A stretch of 60,000 nucleotides of DNA, taken from positions 1,490,001 through 1,550,000 of the forward strand of contig MU058009.1 of the NCBI GenBank assembly GCA_013265495.1. The letters are read 5' to 3'. Shown one piece after another: positions 38,301-50,060 of the stretch; the stretch's first letter is position 1, and every line of letters starts with the position of its first letter. The notes beneath the pieces are model-generated. The model saw nothing but the letters and a program-made list of their open reading frames with translations, did not search any database and was not told where the DNA came from. Position numbers and translations under genes: made by a program. Origin of the DNA: Vicugna vicugna (taxonomy: Eukaryota).

Positions 38301-40234
38301 TGTTCTGCTTTGAATGCTGAATTATAAAATAGTTATCTTAGCCATAGGGGGATGTTTACTCATTTCACAGTCAACATTTAGTAAGCCGCTCTCACACATG
38401 GCCCTGTGGTCAGGGCTTAACAGAGCTTATGAGGCAAAACGAGCTTCATTTTGCCAAAGTCATTCTATTTGAAAATAACTTAAAACCTGTCTGAATCCTC
38501 AGCTTAACTCCATTGCGGACACTGGGTGGCTTCTGGAAATCATCCCCCATTCTTCACTCACATAATTGTGTAGTGGGAATAATGACGTCACTCCTGCTAC
38601 GCCGGGTAACAAATAATGGTCCAGCAAGTAATGTGGCTTAGCAGTTGGGTAGAAACTAAGCAAAACGCTGAAGTGCTAATTAGCAACATAGCTTAGCAGA
38701 TTGTGGCTGATGGATGTCCCCATTAATACAAAGTGGATGCCATCTTGTTTTAATTGTATGTATCTTTTCAGTGCCTTCTTTTCAGAAATTACCCATCCTG
38801 AATCAGTGCGGCTGGATGCCATGCTCTTTTCCGTGTTTGTTGGGCATCTGCTGAACCTCACAGTAAAGGAATGTTAGAATGGCCGGCAGAGTGATTCCGT
38901 ACCATTGTGAGTATTATACTGTCGGTGTGAAGCTCCCCAGCAAAGCCCTGGGCTTATTTCTATATCACACGTGCATATGGATGAGGTTTGAGTGAAGAAG
39001 TGCTGTTGTGTCCTTGGGCAGTGTCAGGCTTCATGCTTCCGATATGTTCCCCAAGTAAGACAAGATCTAAAATCAACTAACCTTTGTCACGTCCCTTGCT
39101 CTGTTTCAGTATTTGGACTCGACAGATGATTATGCCATTAAATCCTCATTAAAATCCTGGGTGGTGAATATTATGACCCTCGTTTGGCAGCTGAGTTAAC
39201 TAAAACTTAGGAAGAAGGTAAATACGTTACCAAAAGCTACAGAAATAATAATAATAAAGAAAAGAAGTAAAATTTAAACTCCGGTCTTTCCTCTAACTTC
39301 AAGATTAGTTTTCTGTCCTCTACAACATGTGGCCAACAACAGGATTGCTGCGAGGAGCGATCGAAGTGAGAAGGTAGCCACCAGATGGGCAAAGCATATT
39401 TTCCATGTTGAAATAGTTAAATTTCTTGCTACAAGAATGGCACATAAATAACAAAAAGCTTTTTCTTGACGTACTCCTCTAGAGCAGATCCTTAGAAGTC
39501 CTGATTCTATTTTTAATTCTTATGTTTTTCTGGTTACTGAATTCCTGTGCAATTAAAAAAAGAAAAGCAAAGGGGGTGGGGGAAGGAAAATATGCTTTGG
39601 AATTTCTTTCATGCTCTGTTCCCAGCCTGCGTGTGTATTTCTTGGTGTGTTTTTAAAAGGGAGCATTGACTCAGCAGCAGGGTAGCCAGCTACGTGACAG
39701 CTCATCTCTGGTTTCTATTACCCATGATTAATGCCAGGGATCGTGTTTATACTCAGAGTCTACACACCAGTTAGGGGCTCAGGGAATTTGGTTCCAGTGC
39801 AGATTAAAAAAAAGGAGGGGGGTGGTCACGGGTTGGGTGTGCGGATATTTCAGGGCCAAGCAGCTAAGCAGAGGGCTACAGGCGTTTCCCTGGCCATCGG
39901 GGTGAGAGGTGATGGGCAGAGGAGGGAGGGACCCACCAATCCTGGATTCCACGTGAACAGTGTATCCTTCCCTGCGTTTGATGACTCCCAGACTCCACTC
40001 AGGGACACTCTTAGGAGAAGCTGATGGAAGTCAGAGCTGAAAGCTGTATCCCTGTCAGATTGGAGAGGCCGAGATGATCATACAGTTAATGAATGAGACG
40101 CTCTGCCAGCCATGAGTTCATCACAACCAAAACTCAGCAGCGGGGGCTGGGCTGCTGGGGATAAATGAATTGTGGAGAGGCCGCCTTGAAAGGGCCTCAG
40201 ACTTCATCTTTGTTCCCTGGGCTCTGCCCTTTCA

Positions 40235-41050
40235 GTGGTTTACAGAATCATTCTATCTCAGACTTGATACAGACCTTGAAGGTCACCTCACCCAGCCCGC
40301 ATTTCATGTCTGAATGTCTTCCTTCACAACTCACCAAAGACCATGGCTGGATGATTCCAGGAAGAAAGAAGCCCCAGTCCATTTTGAGGCAGCTCTTACT
40401 ACTTGAAAAACCATTATTCATATTCACTCAACAAACATTTACTAAGTAACAACTAAGTGTCCATGCTCTATTTTAGACACTAGAGAAAAGCTATAAACAA
40501 GCAAACAAACCAAAATAAAGTCTCTACCCTCATGGACTTGACTTTCCTTACATTAAAAGCTAAAAGCTGGTTAAACTTCTTCCCCACTGAGCTACTTAGA
40601 ACCTGCGAGGTCCTCTAGTTGGGGGGGGAAATATGCTTAATTATTCTCTCTGGTGAATATCTGAAGATAACTGATAGTCTCCGTTTTGTCTGCCCATTTT
40701 TTTTCAACTCTCCCTAGTTACAGACTTCCAAGACCCTTTCCTACACTGGTTCCTGAACTTGTTCTGATTCGTCGATGTTCCTTTTAAGGAGCAACGCTCA
40801 GAAATAATTAAGATACTCGTGAAGATTTCTGACCAGCACGGATGCAGAAGTCGCAGTGTTTCCTGGTTTTAGTTCTCAGATGTCCATCCGTGTAATGAGT
40901 TTACACGGCCTTTTCTGACATCCCGTCTTGCTGCTGACTCCCATGAAACTCAGCTAATTCTTTTAAACCCTGTGATTATGCTAAGGTATTTATCTGAATT
41001 GGAAATAGGTCCTATTTTCACTGCTAACCAGCAGCAACCAAACCACACAA
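40235..41050 (-). mobile_element. L3/CR1 fragment, interrupted by an L2 3' piece (~40420-40545)
   Basis: AGACCTTGAAGGTCACCT...CCATTTTGAGGCAGCTCTTACTACTTGAAAA...TATCTGAAGATAAC...GATGTTCCTTTTAAGG...TCTGACCAGCAC resembles the CR1/L3 3' region. Confidence 0.65.
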
Positions 41051-41269
41051 AGAGATGTGCCTGAAAAACAAGTTCGGGGCCACACAAAGAGGTCCACACT
41101 AGACTTGCAGGCAGCCTGAGGACCACAAGGGCACCCTGGTGCCAGAATTCTCCTCTGCTGTGTGAGAAGTTGCAGATTCTAGTTATAAATGTCAAATCTA
41201 AACCTCAGCTGAAGTCTCTGGAAATGGTGGAGCCAGAGCGGCTCTCACTTGGCATGGCCTTTATCACAA

Positions 41270-41480
41270 CAGTTCATAGACCTTGAGCCCTGCAAATATT
41301 ATTTCATTTAATCTTCACAACAACCCTTTGAAGTGGGTACTCATTTTACCAATATCCTGATTTATGGATGAGAAAACCATGACATTGAAACTAATAACTT
41401 ACCCATGCTCAGACAGATTTTAAGGAAGAAACAGGACTTAAATCCAGATTTTTGGGCTCTGAAGCCCATCCACCTGCCAC
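41270..41480 (-). mobile_element. MIR
   Basis: ATTTCATTTAATCTTCACAACAACCCTTTGAAGTGGGTAC...GATGAGAAAAC...ACTTACCCATG. Confidence 0.8.
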
Positions 41481-41598
41481 TCTAATCACCTGCCTTCTCA
41501 CCTCCCCTGTGGGCTGCCCAGGAGTGCTCCTTCACAGAGAAGGAGACTTGTCTGCCCTGCTATGTTACTCTGAAATCCTCTTGGAAAAGTTAATCACC

Positions 41599-41729
41599 AG
41601 GAAGGAAGGGATGAAAGAAGGAAAGAAAGAAAGAGAGAAAGAAAGGAGAGAGAAGAGGGGAGGAGGAGAAAGAAAGAGAGAAAGAGGAAGGAAGGAAGGA
41701 AGGAAGGAAGGAAGGAAGGAAGGAAGGAA

Positions 41730-41793
<64 letters not shown>

Positions 41794-41804
41794 AGAAAGA
41801 AAAA

Positions 41805-41855
<51 letters not shown>

Positions 41856-42021
41856 GAAGGAAGGAAGGAAGGAAGAAAGGAAGAAAGAAAGAAAGAAGGA
41901 AAAGAGAGAGGGAGGGAGGAAGGAAGGGAAGGAAGGAAAAGAAGGGAGGGAGGGACGGAGGGAGGGAAGGAAGGAAGGAAGCAAGCAAGCAAGCAAGGAA
42001 GGGAGGGAGGAAGGAAGGAGA
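41599..42021. repeat. Compound polypurine tract (GGAA)n/(GAAA)n/(GCAA)4, ~420 bp
   Basis: Almost pure A/G on the + strand. Confidence 0.97.
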
Positions 42022-42039
42022 CCTAACAGGCCAGCAGAT

Positions 42040-42720
42040 CTCCGGCTTGGGAGGGACGCGGCCGGCTTCTCCACGGGGTCTGAGGAGCAAGCACAGCATC
42101 CGGGGTCCTTTTGTGAAAACCCCTCGGCCTCCAACCCGGCGGACGACGGCAGTCTCCACGCCAATGTCGAGTAGGGCTGAGCTTGACAGGAGCTCGCGCT
42201 GCCCTCGTGTCCGCACCGTCCCCGCAGTTCACGGCCGGGGCCGACCGCGCGCCACCCGGACGTCTGACTCCGAGCGGAGGGCCTGCGCCGGGCGGGCGGC
42301 TCGCACCCGGGCGGCGCGCTGGCGGGAAGCGGCGGGCGTCAGCACCGCCGGCCGAGGCCTCTCGGGCCCCAGGGAGCCCGGGCATCGGGAGGGGCTGCTC
42401 ACAGGCGGGAAAGAGCCCTCCACTGATCAGCGGGGAAGAAGATGGAACTGCGGGGTCTAGCCCGGTGAGAGCACAGTTCGGTCACGTGCAGAATCCCGAC
42501 CCCCTGGCGCTTCTCCTCTCTGCTTCCCGGGGGATTCGTTTCTCCGAAACAGTTTCCACCTGTACACGCGGATTCACTTTTTCCCTCCTCATGCCTTCTG
42601 CGTTGCTTGCCTCTTCCTGTGCCCACTGCATGCGTGCGACAGACACACCGAACCGCTTCCCAGTAAGACCGGAATGATTCCTCTGCCGGACGCCTTCTGT
42701 TTGATTTGCCGAGCTGCCTG
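42040..42720. promoter_or_regulatory. CpG island / candidate promoter of an unidentified (probably non-coding) transcript
   Basis: Very high GC and CpG at 42050-42500; GC boxes GGGCGG, E2F-like GGCGGGAA(A) at 42321 and 42404, GTCACGTG at 42481. Confidence 0.7.
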
Positions 42721-44974
42721 ATGGCCAAAATAACTGGGCATAAATCTGTGTTGTAACAAAGGTAGAAAACAACGGCGCAGTTCTTAAACCTTTACAGAGA
42801 GTTTAGGTGTAATTTTTTTACCTCCCTTTTTACTCAATTTAAACTGGAATTCAAGGACCTTTCTCACAAAAGAGCCCCAGCTTGCTCGCTGAAGACACTG
42901 AGGTAGGTTGCTGATTGAGACCCACAGCGGGTGACACCACACACATTGACTTGTTCTTTCAACAGTTTTGCTTCTGTTTTGGGGGAGTTACTAGATAAGG
43001 TGCCCTAACCTTACAGACTCAACGTGGCAGAAAGTTGGATAAAAGTAAAATGGGTTCAATACAACCCTTATAGATGGCTCGGGTCACTGACCCAAAACTT
43101 CACTCAGAGAAAAACCAAAGAATGTTTTCACTTGAAAATTCTTCCAATTTATCTGATAAAAATTCTGTGAACGTCTAGGTGAGCAACGCTTTAAGTCACC
43201 TTTTGGAATACTAACCCCAGAATAGCATTTCCCTGTGAGAATCCTCACAGGGGACGAGAAAGCCACCGGGAATTCATTGCAGACCCTAAAATCTAGCCAG
43301 TTCTTGGAAGGACCTGTTCCCCCCGGGGTCACTGCTGAAGATCTGGGGTTTCCCACTGTGGGGGAGCGGTCTGAAGAGCTCCAGCAGGAAGGCAAGATGT
43401 TCCACAGAGATGCAGTCGGTGGTGACAGCAGTGAGGGATGGGAAGACGAGTGGCCCACATGAGATTTTTCCAGTTTGAACTTGTGCCATTTGACCATTGA
43501 TCCAAAGATACATGGATTTGTGATACTTGCTCCAAATTTGCTCAACTGTTCCCAGTCTGAGAACTGTCAGCCCCTGAACTTGGGTCCTCAGAAATGCTGT
43601 TGTCAGTCACCTTACAGATGCTTCGGCCCATTCTAATGGTGGGTTTATGGATCTAAGATTTGGGTGGCTTTGCTCACAAGTAATGATGATCACAATAATC
43701 ACAGGGTCACAAGTAACAATTTTGACGATGAAAACAAAGTAACCGGCGTGTGGCTTGTACATGGACCCCCTTCTCCCGAGCCTACATAGAGGCTCCTGGC
43801 TCTCAGACGGGGCTTCCCACTCATAATAAGGACTCTTCCTTAGCTGGTTATCATCCCCTAACCCACGGCTCCAGAGTCCTTGTGCACGTTTCCCGTGTCT
43901 CAGTGTGTTTTTGAAAGACCTTCAATGAATTTAATCTTTCTAGGAAGCCAACATTACTGAGACTGGAGCAGAAGACCCGGAGAACCCAATGTCCCAGCCA
44001 GTTCTGCCCAGAATTCACTTACTTCCTGGGAGGATGGTTCATACTTTTAAAAGCCAAAGGCATTTTGGAAAAGCTTAGGCTGACAAAGACTTTCTATCCT
44101 CAAAGTTGACATATTCCAGTACAGTTGCCAAGAGGAAGTGGTTGAAGTGGGATTGTCCCTTTAAATATTGAATTCTACCATATGCATTAAATCTTTTCCA
44201 TAAATTAACTCATTTCCCCTCTCAACAACTATATTAAATTAGTTCCACTTTAGCGATGAGGAAATATTCTGGATAAGTAACTTGCTAAAGTCACAAAACT
44301 GGGAAATGACAGGAGCTGGATGAGCTCAGGCATTCAACCACCGTGCCAGTGTTGCCTTGAAGATGCTTTCAGATGGCTGGGCACTCCATCCAAAAGCATC
44401 TTAGCCGTTGCGGTCAGTGACTCGCCAAAGGAGTAGGCGGTGGAAGACAGCTACCCTGGGAGGAGGAGGATTTTGTCCCTCTAATTGTTTAGAATTGCCA
44501 GCGCACAGTGATAATAAAAAAGCAGATTGACTTGTAGTGAGTTTCATTATTGTTTTCAAGTCCTTTACAGAAAATGCACTTTTATTGTCTGCATTTATCC
44601 CCTCAACCTCCATCTTGGAGTGACTCTGAGAATGGGGAGAGGGTACGTTTTTAAGAACTTTACGTCTGGGTTATATTTGGACTGGATCGTCATGGAACTC
44701 TTGGCCTGGACCTGCCCATATTTCCTGGACCAGCCCTTATCTGAGGGCTTTCCCTTCTGGACCTTTGATGGAACCACCTTTTGGAGGATATGACTTCAGG
44801 AGCCATATGTTATGATCATCAGGGAAGGAGTTTGGGCTCCAAAGAAATCTGTAGCCTCAGCCTTCTCTCTGGGGCTATAGACCTGACATTTAGCAAATCA
44901 AAGAAAAGCTACGAGAAACATCAACCCAACAAAACCGGTTTCCTTTCACTGAGGTTGAAATTCCATTTTAAAAA

Positions 44975-45520
44975 GTGAGATAACTTTACAGTGGAAAAAC
45001 CCAGCAAACACTGCCTTAAGCAGCTGGTCAAAGTGAAGTTCACCAGTGATCAGACATATCAGTAGCAGGTACCCCCTAGTGTTATGAAATAAGGAGAGAA
45101 CATCATTTTTAGGGTCTTCTTCCCCAAAACCCACAACCCCAGTCTAATTATGGGTAAAACAGCAGACAAACCCAAATTACCTGGTCAGTACCACTCAAAA
45201 GTGTAACAACCATGAAAAACAAGGGGAAAAAATTATCACAGCCTATGAACAGCTAAGGAGAATGATGACTAAACGGGATATGGAATCTTGGATTGGATTC
45301 GGGATGAGAAAAAGGCCCTTATTGTAATATCTGGCAAAATCTGATTATAGTCCGGAGCTTAATTAATAGCACTACACCATGTTGGCTTCCTAGTTTGAAG
45401 AATGATCACATGAGATGTTTAGCACTGGGGGAAGCTGGAAGAGAGGAAGACTGGGACTCTCCGCCTTAGCTTTGCAACTTTTCCATAAAGCTAAAGCCCT
45501 TACAATAAAAAGTTTATTTT
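44975..45520 (+). mobile_element. L1MC/MD-type 3' UTR
   Basis: TTACAGTGGAAAAACCCAGCAAACACTGCCTTAA...CCCCAAAACCCACAACCCCAGTCTAAT...TTTGCAACTTTTC...AATAAAAAGTTTA. Confidence 0.85.
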
Positions 45521-46000
45521 ATTTTTAGATAAACCCTTGGCAAGAATAAGGAACTCAGAAGAACAAAACTGGGAGCCTTCGTGTGTGAGGCCAGTCACAC
45601 AGCCGTCATGTTGGCCGTGGCAATCAGAATATTTGCTTAGTTTTCTGTTATATTATTAATGGCACCAATTCTCACACTGAAAAGTGTTTTGATGGGGTGG
45701 TGAAATCTACGGTCATCTTTACTTGACTTCCTTGCCTTTGGAGATATTTTGCATCCCAAAACAAACGAAAAAACAAACAAACAATATATATATACACACA
45801 AACATTTGTTTGGTTGGTTGGTTACATATTATATATGTAATACAAATACATATAAATGTATTTATATTATCCATTATATGTACACATGGAACCAATAAAC
45901 AAGATGCTTAGTGATTCTCTAAACAATTAAATAAATGCAAATGGGTACCAAAAATGTGATTATCATTTTGTTATCTCACAGACTGACTGATCTGTCTCTC

Positions 46001-46129
46001 GCTTGTTTTTTGGCAGGGTGGAGTGGGGTAATTAGGTTTAGTTATTTACTTTAGTAGAGGCACTGGGGATTGAACCCAGGACCTCATGCATGCTAGACAT
46101 GCACTCCACCACTGAGCTACACCCTCCCC
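46001..46129 (-). mobile_element. Camelid tRNA-derived SINE (Vic-1-like), antisense, with TSD
   Basis: GGTAATTAGGTTTA...GAGGCACTGGGGATTGAACCCAGGACCTCATGCATGCTAGACATGCACTCCACCACTGAGCTACACCCTCCCC; TSD CTGATCTGTCT at 45987-45997 and 46130-46140. Confidence 0.92.
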
Positions 46130-47551
46130 CTGATCTGTCTTCTGGATGATGCTTTATTACAAGGGTGTTTTGTGTTTTGTTTAGTTCTCTATGGCTAGAT
46201 ATTTAGATTGCATTTGGTTCTCAGGTATTATAAACAATGCTGTCAAGACAATTTTATGGCTAAACCCATGATTATTTACTTAAGAATGTCTAGAAGGAAC
46301 ACCAACAGCTAGCATGTGCTCTGCAGATAATCCTTCTACTAGTAAATAAAATCCCTGTGTGCAGAGAAAAGAGACAAGCAAGAAAAATATATTCAGTGGA
46401 GGAGAATGCTGGAAGAAAAGAAAAGAAATGCTGGAAGCTGCTTCCAGCGCCAAAAGAGGAAGAGCTCAAGCTGATATTTGTGTGTTCTTTCATTTGATCC
46501 ATCCAGCGGGCCTGAAACAAATTACTCTTCTATTGATGAGAAAATGGATGCTCAAAGTAAATAAATAACGTGCCAAGTGTTTCTGACCCCCAAACCAGTA
46601 TCTCTCCACTTTCCCATCCGCTGAAGGACTGACATGTGAGCAGTGTGTGTGGCACTGACGTCTCGGGGAGCTCTGTTTAGAATACAAAGGGCTGGTTTCT
46701 CCTTATTGGTCTTCTCTGATTTTCTCCATCCTTGCACCCTCCTCCTGCCTGTCCCCCACCCAGACTCTGGCTCAGAAACACCTTCTCAAGCGAGCGCAGT
46801 GTTTCTACTGCATAACTTGGCCTCCCAGGCAAGTAGCCTTGAGAAATACCCTATACCTCTGCATTTTGGCAGGCTCCTTTGTAATTCCTAGTTGTTTTTT
46901 CAATCAACAAACATGAATGAAGCTAATGCTTTTGGAGGAGAGACCTTGTGCTGCACGTAATGCAGATGCAAGGCAAGACAGAGTCTACCACGTACAGTAA
47001 TTCCAGCCCGCCGAGGCAGATTGATGGATCCGCTCCACAAATGTGCATTGAGCATGTTCGTTGCCTTCCTTAGCCGAAGCACTGACAGTTGCTGCATTGG
47101 AAATTAGTTAGATATGAGGAACACACAGGCTGGGGAATAAACCAGATGTTTAACTCACCTCCTGCAACCAGACACCACAATACAAAGGCCCCCTCCTGAG
47201 TGTCATGGTAAAGGAACAGAGAGGGTGTGGAAGGAGTTTCAAAGCCACTCCTGGGTAAAAGGGGTCAGGGAGAAGTGGCATTGGAAATGGATTTTGAAGG
47301 ACAGGTTGGATTTCAACACAGGGTATGAGCCACTCCATATGGAAAGTGACTAGAATTGGAGATGCAGGGACTTCTCAGGGCACCTAAAATGGTCCATGCA
47401 GTTGAAACACAGGTATACGAGCAAAAGCAGAAGAAGAGATCAAGGAAAGGATCACTTTGGATGTCACAGTAACATTTTGGATTGTATTTAATAAGTAAGT
47501 GCAATTTTTAAAGACCTTGCTATATAAGGGAATAAAAGGATCAGACATGTA

Positions 47552-48105
47552 TTTCTTCTCTTTTCTTTTTTATTGAAGTACATTCAGTTATAATGTATCC
47601 ATTTCTGGTGTGCAGCACAATGCCCCAGTCATACATATACATACATATATCCGTTTTCATGTTCTTTTTCAGTAAAGGTTATTACAATATATTGAATAAA
47701 GTTCCCTGTGCTATACGGAAGATATTTGTTTTTTTTATCTATTTTTATATATAGTAGTTAATATTTGCAAATCTCGAACTCCCAAATTTATCCCTTCCCA
47801 CCCCCTTTCCCCTGTCACCATAAGATTGTTTACGATGTCTGGGAGTCTGTTTCCATTTTGTAGATGAGTTCATTAGTGTCTTCTTTTTCTTTTTCCTTTT
47901 TGTAGATTCTACATGAGTGATATCATATGGTATTTTTCTTTCTCTTTCTGGCTTACTTCACTTAGTATGACAATCTCTAGGTCCATCTATGTTGCTGCAG
48001 ATGGCATTATTTTATTTTTTTTATAGCTGAGTAGTAGTCCATTGTACAAATACACCGCAGCTTCTTTATCCAGTCATCTGTTGATGGACATTTAGGTGGC
48101 TTCCA
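47552..48105 (-). mobile_element. Camelid-type L1 3' end, antisense
   Basis: TTTTATTGAAGTACATTCAGTTATAATG...ATTTGCAAATCTCGAACTCCCAAATTTATCCC...GTCATCTGTTGATGGACATTTAGG; mirror of the 12329-12690 copy. Confidence 0.93.
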
Positions 48106-49889
48106 CTGATAGGTGTTTTTCATACCTCCTATTTAGACTGTAAGCTGCTGGCATAAAGGGACTATACTTTATGTCTTTTATACCTTCTTAAGAACAGAGT
48201 TGGGTCTGAAAAAAAATCAACACAATTCAGCCAACACAGGTCCCAGCAATACGAAGTTGAATAATACGACGTGGTTTCAATCTTTACAACCAGTGGAAGA
48301 GGCAGAGATACAAACAAATGAGTTCAATGTCATTAGAAAAAAGATACAGTTAGTTATTCAGAGGATGCTTGGAAGCATGGGGAGGGGCACTAAATATTGA
48401 CACTCAATACTTAGCTGTAGCCTGTGTGGGAGGGTTTGGAAATCTGAAGCTGGCATCAGATGTACAAATGCAGAGTGTGATTCTGAAGAGACCACCTAGA
48501 ATCTGTTCATTTATGAGCAACCCTGGCTCTGCCCATGATACTTCCTGTGAACTCGAGCAAGCACGCCTGCTCGGAATCTGTGTCTTCTGGTTACAAAATT
48601 AAGAGTTGATTGATAATCATCTCTAAGTTTAAATTTTGATCAGCTCTCATTTTTAGCTGAGTGATGTTGGCCCTTCTCTGCAGATCCCTTCTCTCTTTGC
48701 CTTTTCCACCCTGGCCCTGGAGCTGTAGAGGGTGACCCCATAATCCATTCAGCTCGCATGGCAGGATGGGAAAATCTCAAGTTCCTATTTCAGGAGACAG
48801 AGAGCAGGGTGAGGAAAGGGCCTTGCTAAGCTCATGTCTGCAGTTGGCCTGCCCGCAGGCCGGTGGGCAGCAGCAGCACCTCCCTCCGCTTTAGGTGCAG
48901 AGACCCGGCTGCTCACCTGAGCCCCAGGACCCTCCTCAGCCCCATCAGAGAGCTGAGCCACTTCTCCCACAGCCCCGGGCCTCTGTGCTCTGTTTAATGC
49001 TATCTAGTCCCTTTTCAAAATGAGACTAGAATAGCCACAAGTTCTCCCTGCCCGGGAAAGCCCCCGGCACTGTTTTCACCAGATGATGAATGAAGCCCTG
49101 CTGAGCTTTCACAAGTCAGCTTGGAACCTCAGGAGGGGATGTAGAGTCAGACACAGGGGCTCGGAAAGTCACCTTAAAGACAGGAGGGGAAAGAGAAATG
49201 GATCAGTAGTAAGCCTCAGAAAAGCGTCAGATTCGAGTGGGCAAGAAAGATGGAAGAAACAGAAATTACTCAGAGCCTGGTTATTGTTGGCAAGCACAGC
49301 GGTTCTGCTGCAAGGACCTCCCATGATGTCCGACAGAAAAAACTGAAAAAAGATGAGTCTGCGCAGGGGCTTTCATTTTAATTGGCGTTATTTATAGAGC
49401 AGTGAGTGCTGTGTTTGTGTGGAGCGCGTTTTCTTTCTCAGGGGTCATCCTCAGCTTTCTTTGGTCCTCTCAGTACAGAAACAGAGAGGCCACCTACCAC
49501 TTCCAGTTCGTGCCCCCCAGAGAGCTGGTCGGCACACGGAGGGGAGATTCCAGAAGCATCTGCTGAGTCAGGTAGAGATTGAGCTGAGTCTTAGGAAGTG
49601 AGGATTTTTGAGGTCCTGCCCCTTCTGTCCCAGAGCAGCTGAAAAGTGCTGACGTGCCCCGGATGCCCCTGGGAAGGGACTCTCCGGGGTGAGCCTGGAC
49701 CGTGACCCAGGAATCTCAGGAGACGGGGACAAGACCTTGCGGTAAGTCTCCCATGTAGAAACTGATGAGTCTGAGAACAGAACGGAACAACAGGGAGTAA
49801 AGCCACCGTATCCGTTCTCCACCCCCCACCCCCATCACTGCTCCAGGCTTTCGAGAGAGGGAATGAGGGCCCCTGAGTGTTTTGCTGTT

Positions 49890-50060
49890 GACTTAAAAGA
49901 GCCCTGGACAAGGAGTCAGGGATTGCATGCTAGTCTCAGTTCTACCATAAATAGGAGTTCTGGGCCAGTCACTTCTCTGGGACTCAGTTTCTCTTTCCAT
50001 AAAGTGAAGAGGCTTGGACCCAAAAGCCTCTAGAAGTCTTAACTGTTCTTACGTTTTATG
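49890..50060 (+). mobile_element. MIR
   Basis: AAAGAGCCCTGGACAAGGAGTCAGG...CTAGTCTCAGTTCTACCA...TCTCTGGGACTCAGTTTCTCTTTCCATAAAGTG. Confidence 0.75.

Noticed and set aside
41452..42216. Longest ORFs (240 aa K/E/R-rich on +; 199, 208 and 132 aa F/L/S-rich on -)
   Set aside because: Stop-free reading of the GAAA/GGAA tract; low-complexity artefact, not a protein
42023..42772. Overlapping 100-165 aa ORFs in the CpG island
   Set aside because: GC-rich DNA lacks stops in several frames; R/A/P/G-biased with no recognisable domain
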